A DNA stretch of 64,000 nucleotides from Alphaproteobacteria bacterium (GTDB lineage: Bacteria > Myxococcota_A > UBA796 > CAJQPC01), in contig JACKEV010000010.1 in assembly GCA_020632795.1 (NCBI GenBank), positions 223,127-287,126 on the forward strand. The letters are read 5' to 3'. Positions 1 through 9,231 of the stretch are shown piece after piece. Within the stretch, counting starts at the first letter, position 1. Each line of letters starts with the position of its first letter. The notes under the pieces were generated by a model, which saw only the letters and a list, made by a program, of their open reading frames with translations, had not been told where the DNA came from and ran no database searches. Both the position numbers and the translations under genes were made by a program.

Positions 1-2031
1 CCGGCGGCCAAGCCGCACGCTCTGCCCGGCCAGCCGGGAGCCCGCCTCGGCCGAGGCCTCCGCCACACCGACCGCCCGACGACCGCCGACGGACAGCGCG
101 CTGCCGGACGCCGCCGCGCCCCGCGCCACCGCCCGCCCCAGCAGCCGCCCGCCACGCAGCACCGCGTCCCCGACCCTCTCCGAGAGCCGCCCCAGGGCCC
201 GGGCCGTGGCCACCGCGCCCCGCCCGACCGCGCGGGCGAAGCCCACGCCCAGCTCCCGCAGCCGGGCGACAGAGAGCAGCCCCGCCGAGAGCACGCCGAC
301 GTCCGCGCCCCGACGGCGCAGCTCCTCCAAGGCCGCCGTCGACAGCCCCAGCGCCGCGCCCAGCTCCGTGCCCCGGACCGCCGCCTCGTCCAACCGCGCG
401 CCCGCCAGGTCGGTCTGCTCCATCAGGGCGCTGGACAGGTCGGTGTCCGCGAGGTCCACGTCGGTGAACACCGCGCCGGAGAGGTCCGCCGCGGCCAGCC
501 CGGTGCCCTGGAACACCGCGCCGGTGAAGCTCGCCCCCACGAAGCGCGCCCCGGCAGCCTGGAGCCCGACCAGCGTCGCGCCGTCCAGCCGGGCGTCGTC
601 GAAGGTGGCCTCGATGGCCGTGGCGCCGGTGAGGTCCGCGTCGATCAGCCGCACCCGGGACATCCGCGCGCCGTCCAGGGTGGCCTCGCGCAGGATGGCG
701 CCCCGCAGGTTGGCGCCCTCCAGGAACGCGCCGCGCAGCCGGACCCCGGTCAGGTCCCGCTCGGAGAGGTCCATGCGCCGCAGGTCCAGCCCGGAGAGGT
801 CCGCCCCCGGGGCGAGCTGGGCGGGGTCGATGCGGGTGCCGACGATGCCGAGCAGCCCCTGGAGGCCCCGCCGCAGCGCCTCCCCCTGGCGCCGGAGGCC
901 CCGCTGGACCCCCGCGCGAAGCCGCCCCGCGAGGGCCGTGGCGCGCTCCCGCAGGCCGGGGCCTTGCGGCTCGGGGACCGGGGTGGGCTCGGCGGAGGGG
1001 GCCTGGGGCGCGCCGTCACGGGCGGCGGCCTGCTGGCGGGCCTCCTCGACCAGGGCCGCGCGGCGCTTGCGGCCCTCCTCCAGGCGCTCCTGGCGGCGCC
1101 GCACGGCCTCCTCGCGCAACGCCTGGGCCTGACGCCAGGCCGCGCCCACCACAGAGACCGCCGCGCGCAGCGGCCAGCCGATGCCGGTCAGGACGCTGAG
1201 GAGCAGGCGCCAGGGCCCCCCGGAGCGCACCCAGGACGCGACGTGACCGGCGATGCGCCGCGCAATCCCGGGGCCGAGAGAGACCCCTGAAGCTTCCAGA
1301 TCCGTTTTTTGGTCAAATGACCAGTTTACGCCCCGGTGCCCCATCCGGCGGGCCTGGACCCCGTCGAGCGCCGCCCCGGTGACCGCCGCGCCGTGCAGGG
1401 TCGCCCGCCGCAGGTCCGCCCCGGACAGGGTCGCATCCACCAGGGACGCGCGGTTGAGCTTCGCCCGGGAGAGGTTGGCGCGGGAGAGGTCGGCGCCGTC
1501 CAGCCGGGCCCGCTCCAGGGTCGCGGCGCGAAGGTCGGCCTCGGACAGCGTCGCGCCCTCCAGCCGGCCCAGGTCCAGCGCCGCGCGCACCGCCGAGATC
1601 CCGCTCAGGTCGGCCCCCCGGGCGTCCAACTCCTGGAGCAGCGCGTCGTCCAGCCGCGCCCCGGCCGCCCGCGCCCCCCGCAGATCCAGCCCGTGCAGCA
1701 CCGAAGCGCTCAGATCCGCTCTGCGCAGATCACAATCCACGAAGAGCAGATTCGCCCCCCGCGCGCGCACGAGGGTCGCCGCGGACAGATCCGCGCCGGT
1801 GAAGTCGGCGTCTCCGAGGTCGGCGTCGGTGAGATCCCCCTCGGAGAGCGTCGCGCCGACCAGCCTTGCGCCGCGCAGATCCGCCCCGCGCAGGTCCGCC
1901 CCGCGCAGATCCCGCCCGGAGAGGTCCAGGCCGGAGAGCACGACCCCGGAGAGGTCGGCGCCCGCCAGTTCGACCCTCTCCAGGTCGTCCTGACCGGGCC
2001 TCCGAGGGAGCGGGCGGGGAGACGAAGGCAT
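1..2031 (-). CDS. Long pentapeptide-repeat protein, partial (C-terminal end beyond window start). N-terminal pentapeptide repeats, a central hydrophobic/coiled segment, then more pentapeptide repeats
   Basis: Read by hand on the minus strand from ATG at 2031 in one frame with no stop to position 1. Translation is A(D/N)LxG-type repeats (ADLSGVVLSGLDLSGRDLRGADL...). Not in the ORF track because no stop lies inside the window. The plus-strand ORFs 206-1132, 1253-1993 and 1336-2271 are antisense artefacts of it. Confidence 0.6.
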   Translation of the reverse strand, partial: MPSSPRPLPRRPGQDDLERVELAGADLSGVVLSGLDLSGRDLRGADLRGADLRGARLVGATLSEGDLTDADLGDADFTGADLSAATLVRARGANLLFVDCDLRRADLSASVLHGLDLRGARAAGARLDDALLQELDARGADLSGISAVRAALDLGRLEGATLSEADLRAATLERARLDGADLSRANLSRAKLNRASLVDATLSGADLRRATLHGAAVTGAALDGVQARRMGHRGVNWSFDQKTDLEASGVSLGPGIARRIAGHVASWVRSGGPWRLLLSVLTGIGWPLRAAVSVVGAAWRQAQALREEAVRRRQERLEEGRKRRAALVEEARQQAAARDGAPQAPSAEPTPVPEPQGPGLRERATALAGRLRAGVQRGLRRQGEALRRGLQGLLGIVGTRIDPAQLAPGADLSGLDLRRMDLSERDLTGVRLRGAFLEGANLRGAILREATLDGARMSRVRLIDADLTGATAIEATFDDARLDGATLVGLQAAGARFVGASFTGAVFQGTGLAAADLSGAVFTDVDLADTDLSSALMEQTDLAGARLDEAAVRGTELGAALGLSTAALEELRRRGADVGVLSAGLLSVARLRELGVGFARAVGRGAVATARALGRLSERVGDAVLRGGRLLGRAVARGAAASGSALSVGGRRAVGVAEASAEAGSRLAGQSVRLGRR

Positions 2032-2145
2032 CGCGTCATGATACCCGGCTGGAGCCTGGCACGGGCCTTGCTTCATTCCCCAGCGAGGCCCGGAGCGGTC
2101 ACCGAGAGGACGCCTGAGCCCGAGCGCATGCGGCGCTGTTTTCTC

Positions 2146-2174
2146 TTGACACGTAAAGACCCAAACCCTACTGT
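2146..2174 (+). promoter_or_regulatory. Candidate sigma70-type promoter for murA (TTGACA-17nt-TACTGT)
   Basis: TTGACA at 2146-2151, a 17-nt spacer, TACTGT at 2169-2174, about 80 nt upstream of the murA ATG. Sits in a divergent intergenic region. Confidence 0.35.
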
Positions 2175-2255
2175 GAAGGTCCCCCCGGAGCGCTCTCCTT
2201 GTGCTCCAATCCCGCCGATGTATGGTGGGCCCTCCACACAGCTCCCCGAGACACC

Positions 2256-3575
2256 ATGGACAAGATCGTGATCGACGGCGGCCGGCCCCTCACCGGCCAG
2301 GTCCGCATCGGCGGCGCCAAGAACGCCGCTCTGCCCATCCTCATCGCCACCCTCGTCGCCCCCGGCGAGCACCGCATCGGCAACGTCCCCGATCTGGTCG
2401 ACGTCTCCTCGATGCTCTCCCTGCTCGGGCGCATCGGCTGCCCCTCCCTCGTCCACCAGGGCCACGTCCGCCTGGACACCTCGCGGGTCAGCTTCTGCGA
2501 GGCCCCCTACGATCTCGTCCGCAAGATGCGCGCCTCGGTGCTGGCCCTCGGTCCCCTGCTGGCCCGCTGCGGCGAGGCCCACGTCTCCCTGCCCGGCGGC
2601 TGCGCCATCGGCGTGCGCCCCATCGACCAGCACCTCAAGGGCCTGGAGCTGCTCGGCGCCCGCTTCGAGCTGTCCGGCGGCTACGTGCACGGCTACGTCG
2701 ACCAGCTCGTCGGCGCCCGCATCCCGCTGGACGTGCCCACGGTCACCGGGACCGAGAACATCCTGATGGCCACGGTGGTGGCCAAGGGCGAGTCGGTCAT
2801 CGAGAACGCGGCGCGCGAGCCGGAGATCGTGGACCTGGCCGGCTTCCTCCGGGGCATGGGCGCGAAGATCGAGGGCGAGGGCACCTCCACCATCCGGGTC
2901 CAGGGCGTGGACAACCTCCGCCCCTCGCCGAACACCTGGAACGTCCTGCCGGACCGCATCGAGGCGGGCACCTACCTGGTGGCTGGCGCGATCACCGGCG
3001 GCGACCTCACCATCACCCACGTCCGGCCCGACGACCTCCGGCCGGTGCTGGAGGCGCTGCGGGCGGCGGGCTGCACCCTCGAGGTCAACGCCGACACGGT
3101 GCGGGTGCGCCGCAAGGGCCCCCTCCAGCCCATCGACATCACCACAGAGCCCCACCCGGGCTTCCCCACCGACATGCAGGCCCAGCTCATGGCGCTGTCC
3201 TGCTTCGCCGAGGGCACCTCGACGATCCGCGAGACGATCTTCGAGAACCGCTTCATGCACGTCCCCGAGCTGACCCGCCTGGGCGCGGACATCGCCATCC
3301 ACGGCAACACCGCGACGGTGACCGGCGTCTCCGGGCTGCGCGGCGCGACGGTGATGGCCACCGACCTGCGCGCCTCCGCCTCCCTCGTGCTCGCCGGCCT
3401 GGCCGCCCAGGGGCAGACCGAGGTGCTGAGGCTCTACCACCTCGACCGGGGCTACGAGCGGCTGGTCGAGAAGCTCAGCGACGTGGGCGCCACCGTCGCC
3501 CGCGTGCCGGACGACCCGCGGGTGCGCATGTTCGCGCCGTCGCCGGACCTGGTGGCGAAGACGGCGGCGTCCTGA
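2256..3575 (+). CDS. murA: UDP-N-acetylglucosamine 1-carboxyvinyltransferase
   Basis: Translation [31 protein letters not shown]..., full-length MurA-like. Internal ATG at 2256 within track ORF 2199-3575. Confidence 0.9.
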   Translation: MDKIVIDGGRPLTGQVRIGGAKNAALPILIATLVAPGEHRIGNVPDLVDVSSMLSLLGRIGCPSLVHQGHVRLDTSRVSFCEAPYDLVRKMRASVLALGPLLARCGEAHVSLPGGCAIGVRPIDQHLKGLELLGARFELSGGYVHGYVDQLVGARIPLDVPTVTGTENILMATVVAKGESVIENAAREPEIVDLAGFLRGMGAKIEGEGTSTIRVQGVDNLRPSPNTWNVLPDRIEAGTYLVAGAITGGDLTITHVRPDDLRPVLEALRAAGCTLEVNADTVRVRRKGPLQPIDITTEPHPGFPTDMQAQLMALSCFAEGTSTIRETIFENRFMHVPELTRLGADIAIHGNTATVTGVSGLRGATVMATDLRASASLVLAGLAAQGQTEVLRLYHLDRGYERLVEKLSDVGATVARVPDDPRVRMFAPSPDLVAKTAAS

Positions 3576-3757
3576 GGTTCAAGACGCGGCCTCCCTCGTG
3601 CCGGGTTCCAGCCTCTGGAGGTGAGGGTTTCCTCGCTGGTCCATCCCCTTTCGATCCGGCTCTTGGGAGGCGTGCTTGGACGAAGCTGAGGCTCCTCGAT
3701 GGCATCGGCGCGGGCGCCATCGCGTGGCGCTTATCGCGACGGAAGCCTCGGGTGGTT

Positions 3758-3903
3758 GGGGGAACCTCACCAACTCCAGAAGGAGGAAACCTCTCCAGGT
3801 TTCCTCCTTCGGCCTGCTGCGCAGGCCTGACCTCCTTCCAGGGTCTGCTCGTCCATCCAGGACTCGCCAATGTCGCCCCGCCGGGGAGAGCCGTTTCGCA
3901 TGA
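3758..3903 (-). ncRNA. Candidate structured small RNA (copy A of inverted duplication), transcription direction inferred
   Basis: Conserved hairpins with covariation (see repeat feature). The overlapping 99-aa ORF 3767-4066 differs from its paralog by mostly non-synonymous changes, so protein coding is unlikely. Confidence 0.3.
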
Positions 3904-4174
3904 CAGGCTTGTGGTGCCACTCTGGAGCGCGTCCAGAGAGAAACCCCCTCTCCCCGCAATGTTCAGGTCCGAGCATCGCAACCGACGCGATCGACGGAGG
4001 TACAGCGATCTGGCGCCAAGCCTCCTCAGTAGCAGGCTGTATTTTGCATATCGAACTGGTAACCAAACACGCATAAAAGAACAGCTATGCTTGTTGGAAA
4101 CAAACGTGGATCGCTGCGTTTCGGGGATCGTGCGCAGCTTCTGGGATCCGTACCCCGACAGCTCCACAGCTCTT

Positions 4175-4318
4175 TCATGCGAGGCGGCTCTCCCCGGCGG
4201 GGCGACATTGGCGAGTCCTGGATGGACGAGCGGTCCCCGGGGGGAGGTCAGGTTTGCGAAGCGAACCGAAGGAGGGGACCTGGAGGGGTCCCCTCCTTCT
4301 GGAGTTGGTGAGGCCCCC
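4175..4318 (+). ncRNA. Candidate structured small RNA (copy B of inverted duplication)
   Basis: As copy A. The second hairpin (ggtttgcg/cgcgaacc) needs a U.G wobble that forms only in the plus-strand transcript, which suggests outward transcription from the central core. Confidence 0.3.
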
Positions 4319-4559
4319 TCCCCCACCCGACGCTCCCGTCGCGATCAGCGCCTCGCGCGTGCGGTGGCAACCCGCCCCACCTTCACCCCCACGGACCTCG
4401 AACCGAGCGCCTCATTCAGCGCCCCTGCCCCCCATCTGCACGACATCGCCACTCGCCGAGCGTCCGCCCCTCCCCAACCACCTCATCCAACCGCGCGCCG
4501 CAACGCCCCACCCCAGATCGGCCACGCCGCAGCGCCCCGCACCCCCAGGACCCCCTAGC

Positions 4560-5537
4560 ATGCTCCCCTGCCGCATCCTCGGCACCGGCGCGCACCTCCC
4601 CGGCCCCGTGCTCGACAACGAGGCCGTCGTCGCCCTGAGCCCCGGGGTGTGCGAGCCGGTCTGGATCGAGCAGTGGACGGGCATCGTGGGTCGGCACCAC
4701 GCCGGCCCCGAGGACACCGTGGCCTCCCTGGCCACCCGCGCGGCGAAGGACGCCCTGGCGAACGCCGGAGTGACCCCGGGTGCGCTCTCCCGGGTCCTGC
4801 TGGCCACCTCCACCGGGGGCGACCGGCCGGGCCCGGCCACCGCCACCCAGGTGGGCCTCGCGCTGGGGACCACCTGCGCGACGATGGACATCGCCAACGG
4901 CTGCCACGGCTGGCTGTCGGCCTTCGACCTCGCCGCGCGCCTGATCGCCACCGGCGAGGGGCCCGTCCTCATCGTGGGCGCCGAGCTGCTCAGCCGCCGC
5001 TTCCTGAACCGGCGGGACCGGCGCACCTGGCCCCTGTTCGGGGACGGCGCGGCGGCGGTGGTGCTGGGGCCTGCGCAGGGCGACGGCGGCGTCATCGCCT
5101 CGGTCCACGAGACCCGGGGCGAGCACTTCCGCGCCCTGTTCGCCCCGGGCCTGGACGACCCCGAGCGCGCCGAGGGCCCCTGGATCCGCTTCGAGGCCTC
5201 CGGCGGCGACATGCGGGAGTACGTGGAGCGCCTGCTGCCCCCGGTGCTGGAGCGCGCCCTCGCCCAGGCCGGGCTTCAGCTGGCCGACATCGACCACGTC
5301 GCGCCCCACCAGCCCAACGCCCTCTGGCTCGACCGGCTGTGCGCGCGCCTGGGCCTCGACCCCGCCCGCGTGCCCCGGATCGTGGACCAGACCGCGAACA
5401 TCCCCAGCGCGATGGTGCCCCTGGGGCTCGACGCCCTGCGGCGGGGCCCCCGCCCGCCCGCGCCTGGCGAGCACGTCCTGCTGTTCGCCATCGGCGCGGG
5501 GGTGAGCCTGGGGGCGATGGTGCTGCGTGTCGACTGA
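4560..5537 (+). CDS. 3-oxoacyl-ACP synthase III (FabH/KAS III)-like condensing enzyme
   Basis: MLPCRILGTGAHLPG...; Cys (NGCHGW), His (HQPN), Asn (TANIPSA) triad present. Internal ATG at 4560 of track ORF 4254-5537; the upstream extension is Pro-rich junk. Confidence 0.8.
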   Translation: MLPCRILGTGAHLPGPVLDNEAVVALSPGVCEPVWIEQWTGIVGRHHAGPEDTVASLATRAAKDALANAGVTPGALSRVLLATSTGGDRPGPATATQVGLALGTTCATMDIANGCHGWLSAFDLAARLIATGEGPVLIVGAELLSRRFLNRRDRRTWPLFGDGAAAVVLGPAQGDGGVIASVHETRGEHFRALFAPGLDDPERAEGPWIRFEASGGDMREYVERLLPPVLERALAQAGLQLADIDHVAPHQPNALWLDRLCARLGLDPARVPRIVDQTANIPSAMVPLGLDALRRGPRPPAPGEHVLLFAIGAGVSLGAMVLRVD

Positions 5538-6285
5538 GGGCCCTGGAGACCCCGCCTTCCTCGACCGGGTCCAGCCGGTGTTCGAGCGCATCGCCCGGGT
5601 CCACGACTACCGCTGCGTGGGCCTGGAGCACCTCCCCGACGGGCCCGCGATGCTGGTCGGCTACCACGGCCGCCCGGCGCTCGACGCCTTCCTGCTGGGC
5701 TTCCTGCTGCGCAAGCACACCGGTGCGGCGCCCCGGGCGGTCACCCACCGGGTCCTGACCCGCATCCCCCGGGTGCGGCGCTGGGTGCAGGGCTTCGGCA
5801 TGGTCGTCGGGTCCCGGGACGAGCTGGCGGCCGCCGCCGCCCGGGGCGAGCGCCTGCTGGTCCTGCCCGGCGGGGCCCGGGAGTGCTTCCGCTCCAGCCG
5901 GGTGCGCTACCAGCTCGACTGGGGGGAGCGGCGGGGCTACGCCCGGCTGGCCCTTCGGCTGGGCCTGCCCATCGTGCCCTTCGCCACCGCGGGGGTGGAC
6001 GAGCTGTACCACGTCATCGGCGACGGCTACCGGATCTCCAAGGCGCTGACCGGGACCGAGGCGCTGCCTCTGTGCCTGCCGCTGGGGCACCGCAGGCTGC
6101 CCTTCGGGCCCCCCCGCCCGGTCCCGCTGCACCAGCACGTCGGCGCCGCTGTGGAACCGTACGGCCAAGCTGAGGATCCCGACGCCGTCGCCGCCCTCGA
6201 CGCCCGGGTGCGCGCCCGGGTGCAGGCCCTGCTGTCCGAGGCGCTGGCCCGACCGCTGTGCTCGAATCAGGGTTGGACGTTGTAG
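5527..6285 (+). CDS. Lysophospholipid/1-acyl-glycerol-3-phosphate acyltransferase family (PlsC/LPLAT-like)
   Basis: GTG start overlapping the upstream stop; LPLAT-like architecture (...LVGYHGRPALDAFLLGFLL...). Confidence 0.65.
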   Translation: MSTEGPGDPAFLDRVQPVFERIARVHDYRCVGLEHLPDGPAMLVGYHGRPALDAFLLGFLLRKHTGAAPRAVTHRVLTRIPRVRRWVQGFGMVVGSRDELAAAAARGERLLVLPGGARECFRSSRVRYQLDWGERRGYARLALRLGLPIVPFATAGVDELYHVIGDGYRISKALTGTEALPLCLPLGHRRLPFGPPRPVPLHQHVGAAVEPYGQAEDPDAVAALDARVRARVQALLSEALARPLCSNQGWTL

Positions 6286-6345
6286 GATGGCCCGTTATCC
6301 GACCCTCTGGTCACCCTCCGGGGTTCTCTGGGAAGTGGAGCCACC

Positions 6346-7155
6346 TTGAGCGGAACGTGGGCGCTGATCCTGGGCTGTACGCAGGGCGCAGGCGGCGCGA
6401 TCGCCAGCCGCCTGCTCTCCGAAGGGCTGCTGGACGTCATCGGCTTCCATCGGGGCAACCACCCGGACGCCGCCGCCGCGCTGACCGCGCTCGCCGCGCG
6501 CTCCGGCCGTCGCTGCGTGCTCATCGAGGGGGACGCCGGGCGCCTCGACACCCTGCCCCAGCAGGTGGAGCGGGTGCGTGAGGCGCTCGGAGAGGAGGAG
6601 CAGCTCACCCTGCTCATCCACGCCTGCGCCGACGCCTCCATCGGGCTGGTCGCCTCCGAGGACCCCCGCGCCCAGCTCCACCCCCGCCAGATCCTCAAGA
6701 CCTTCGAGGTGATGGCCCACTCCTTCCTGTTCTGGGGCCAGGCCGTGGTCACCGGCGGGCTGATGGCGCGGGGCGGGCAGATCATCGGCTTCCCCAACAC
6801 CCTGGACGACAAGGTGGTGCGCGGCTTCTGCGCGGTCAGCGCGTCCAAGGCGGCGCTGACCGCCTACGTGCGCCACATGTCGGTGGAGCTGGCCCCCTAC
6901 GGCGTGCGGGTGAACGCCGTGCGCTTCGGCGCCACCCCCACCCACGCCTTCCGCAAGATGCCCAACTTCGAGGGGATCATGGATCAGGTCCGCCGCATCA
7001 ACCCGATGGACCGCACCACCTCCCCCGAGGACGTCGCGGACATGGTCACGCTGATGCTGGACCGCCGGGCCGCCTGGCTCAACGGCGCGGTCATCAACCT
7101 CGACGGCGGTGAGCAGCACGGCATGGCCGAGGGCATCTTCGGAGCGCGCCCGTGA
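6346..7155 (+). CDS. Short-chain dehydrogenase/reductase (enoyl- or ketoacyl-ACP reductase-like)
   Basis: TTG start; SDR-like Gly-rich N-terminus LILGCTQGAGGAIA. Stop overlaps the next gene's start (GTGA). Confidence 0.7.
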   Translation: MSGTWALILGCTQGAGGAIASRLLSEGLLDVIGFHRGNHPDAAAALTALAARSGRRCVLIEGDAGRLDTLPQQVERVREALGEEEQLTLLIHACADASIGLVASEDPRAQLHPRQILKTFEVMAHSFLFWGQAVVTGGLMARGGQIIGFPNTLDDKVVRGFCAVSASKAALTAYVRHMSVELAPYGVRVNAVRFGATPTHAFRKMPNFEGIMDQVRRINPMDRTTSPEDVADMVTLMLDRRAAWLNGAVINLDGGEQHGMAEGIFGARP

Positions 7156-8162
7156 GCGTCTCGGTCCTGGGCTGCGGCCACGCTCTGCCTGCGCAGGTGG
7201 TGCCCTCGTCCGAGGTCGAGGCCCTCGCCGGCTTCCCCGAGGGCTGGGCGGCGCGGCACCTCGGCATCGCCACCCGCGGCCGCATGGCGCCCGAGGAGAC
7301 CTCCTGGGACCTGGGCACCCGCGCCTGCCAGGGCGCGCTGGAGGCCGCCGGGGTCGCCGCCGCCGAGGTCGACCTGCTCATCGCCCACGCCTCCTGCCCC
7401 GAGCTGTTCTACCCCGACCCCGCCTGGTACATCGCCCGGGACCTGGGCCTGGGCGAGGCCACCCGGGTGATGGGCCTGCGGGCCCAGTGCGCGGGCTTCG
7501 TCGCCGCACTGGACCTGGCCGACGCCTACCTCTCCACCGGGCGGTGCCAGCGCGCCCTGGTGGTCTGCGCCGAGCGCATGGTGGAGCCCGCCCTGGGCTA
7601 CGACCGCTCCGCGCTCCTGTTCGGCGACGCCGCCGCGGCGGTGGTGCTCGGCCCGGGGCCGGGCCTGCGCTACCTGGAGCTGCGCCAGCAGCCCGCCTGG
7701 GCCGATCGCTGCGTGATGACCGCCGGTCCGATGGACCCGGCCTCCTGGCCCGGCATCTGCCCGGAGCTGCCCGAGCACTGGGCCGAGGGCGAGCGCGCCG
7801 TGCCCGACCACGGCCGCGTGGCCTTCTGGGAGGGCGGCCACATCTTCCGCAACGCCGTCGAGGGCATGGGAGAAGCCACCCTGCGCGCCCTGGAGGCCAC
7901 CGGGCTCGGCCCGGACGCGGTCGACCACTACCTCTACCACCAGGCCAACGCCAAGATCCTCAAGAGCATCCTGCGGAACTTCAGCCTCCCGGCCGACCGG
8001 GTGCGCAGCAACGTCGAGCGGGTCGGCAACGTCTCCTCGGCCTCGATCCCCCTGCTGCTGTCCGAGGGCGTGGCCACCGGGGAGATCCGCGCGGGCCAGC
8101 GGGTGCTGCTGGGCGCGTTCGGATCCGGTTACGTCCTGGGCACGGCAATCCTGGAGCTGTGA
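7152..8162 (+). CDS. Second 3-oxoacyl-ACP synthase III (FabH)-like condensing enzyme
   Basis: MSVSVLGCGHALP...; Cys (QCAGF), His (YHQAN), Asn (GNVSSASIP). GTG start overlapping the upstream stop. Confidence 0.8.
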   Translation: MSVSVLGCGHALPAQVVPSSEVEALAGFPEGWAARHLGIATRGRMAPEETSWDLGTRACQGALEAAGVAAAEVDLLIAHASCPELFYPDPAWYIARDLGLGEATRVMGLRAQCAGFVAALDLADAYLSTGRCQRALVVCAERMVEPALGYDRSALLFGDAAAAVVLGPGPGLRYLELRQQPAWADRCVMTAGPMDPASWPGICPELPEHWAEGERAVPDHGRVAFWEGGHIFRNAVEGMGEATLRALEATGLGPDAVDHYLYHQANAKILKSILRNFSLPADRVRSNVERVGNVSSASIPLLLSEGVATGEIRAGQRVLLGAFGSGYVLGTAILEL

Positions 8163-8168
8163 GAGACC

Positions 8169-8396
8169 TTGGCACCCGCTGACCCCGTGCTGCACGCCCT
8201 GGAGCGCCTCTTCGGCGACCGCGGCGTAGACCTCGCCGCCCTGCGCGCCGAGGACTGCCTGGCCGACGCCCTGGACTGGGACTCGATGGACGTCGTCGAC
8301 CTGGGCATGGAGCTGCGCCGCCACCACGGCGTCGAGATCCCCGAGGACATCGACCAGATCGACACCATCGCGAAGCTACGCGCGTTCTTCCCCTGA
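8169..8396 (+). CDS. Acyl carrier protein
   Basis: 75 aa; LDWDSMDVVDLGMELRRHHGVEIPED with the phosphopantetheine-Ser DSM motif. TTG start. Confidence 0.7.
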   Translation: MAPADPVLHALERLFGDRGVDLAALRAEDCLADALDWDSMDVVDLGMELRRHHGVEIPEDIDQIDTIAKLRAFFP

Positions 8397-9167
8397 CGGT
8401 CGGCGCTTCGTGCAGGCCAGCAGGTAGAAGTACCGGGTGAGCTGGGTCACGGAGATCGCCTCCGCGTCCGCCGGCAGCAGGGCGACGGGCGCCTGCGGGC
8501 GCCGGTCGTACCAGGTCATCGCCCGGAACAGGCCCCGATGGACCAACGAGCGGCGCAGGGCCGGGTCGAGCTGCTCGTCCACGATGACCACCGGCGCCCC
8601 GGGCCGGGCGACCCGCAGCAGCTCCGCCAGGGCCCGGCGCTTGTCCCGCCAGTTGTTCACCGCGCCGACGTGCACCACCCCGTCGAAGGTGTCGTCGGGG
8701 AACGGCAGGGCGTGGACGTCCGCCAGCGCCAGCCAGGCGTCCACCCCCGCCCGCGCGAGCTTGCGCGCCCCCAGCCGCAGCATGCCCGGGGAGAGGTCCA
8801 CCCCCACCAGCGCCGCGTCCGGGAAGCGCGCCGCGAGCCGCAGCAGCTCCTGGCCCGTGCCGCAGCCCAGGTCGAGCAGCCGCCGAGGCGGCGCGCGGAG
8901 GCGCTCGGCCAGGGCGTCGGCGATGCGCGCCCGAACGGCGTCCTCGTCGAAGCCGTCGATGGGCGCCAGCAGGTAGCGCAGCGCGGGGTCGTGCAGGCGC
9001 CCGAGGCGATCGTAGACGACCCGCAGCAGCCGGTCGGTGCCCCACACCGCGGCCTCATCGACCAGGTCGGGCAGCCCGTCCACCTCGCCCCACCGCCGCC
9101 CGCAGCCCGCGCAGGGCACCTGCCATGGGGCTCCACAGGACGGGCATTGAAGAGGCGGCGTGGGCAC
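8376..9167 (-). CDS. Class I SAM-dependent methyltransferase with N-terminal CxxC-CxxC zinc ribbon
   Basis: LDLGCGTGQ motif; N-terminal CPSCGAPW...CAGCG. 3' end overlaps the ACP gene by ~21 nt (convergent). Confidence 0.75.
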   Translation of the reverse strand: MPTPPLQCPSCGAPWQVPCAGCGRRWGEVDGLPDLVDEAAVWGTDRLLRVVYDRLGRLHDPALRYLLAPIDGFDEDAVRARIADALAERLRAPPRRLLDLGCGTGQELLRLAARFPDAALVGVDLSPGMLRLGARKLARAGVDAWLALADVHALPFPDDTFDGVVHVGAVNNWRDKRRALAELLRVARPGAPVVIVDEQLDPALRRSLVHRGLFRAMTWYDRRPQAPVALLPADAEAISVTQLTRYFYLLACTKRRPSGEERA

Positions 9168-9231
9168 GGCGCTCCGGTGGTGGCGGGTCGCTCAACCGTC
9201 CCTTAGGTTGCTTGTCTTGGAGGTGCACCTC

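Larger units (their letters stand above)
3758..4318. repeat. Imperfect inverted duplication (~145-bp arms at 3758-3903 and 4175-4318, ~85% identical) around a ~270-bp AT-richer core; structured-RNA-like
   Basis: The reverse complement of arm B aligns to arm A over ~145 nt. Each arm has a 13-bp hairpin GAAGGAGG(aa/gg)ACC...GGT(tt/cc)CCTCCTTC (3779-3810 and 4268-4299) and a second 7-bp hairpin, both kept by compensatory substitutions. Confidence 0.6.

Noticed and set aside
206-2271. Plus-strand ORFs 206-1132, 964-1290, 1253-1993, 1336-2271 (Arg/Ala/Pro/Ser-rich)
   Set aside because: Antisense to the pentapeptide-repeat gene. Their translations have the composition typical of off-frame high-GC sequence and no motifs.
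3767-4311. Paired small ORFs 3767-4066 (-) and 4087-4311 (+) with a shared C-terminus ...GSPRRGDIGESWMDE...SFWSW
   Set aside because: Differences between the copies are mostly non-synonymous, while hairpin stems change in a compensatory way. Conservation is at the RNA-structure level, so they are not called as CDS.
2201-4558. 785-aa plus-strand ORF and 455-aa minus ORF 2073-3440
   Set aside because: Alternate-frame or antisense readings across murA and the non-coding IR region; Arg/Pro/Gly junk composition.
4254-4559. N-terminal extension of the KAS III ORF (MRSEPKEGTWRGP...)
   Set aside because: Pro-rich junk reading through the IR element. FabH-like similarity begins at the internal ATG at 4560.
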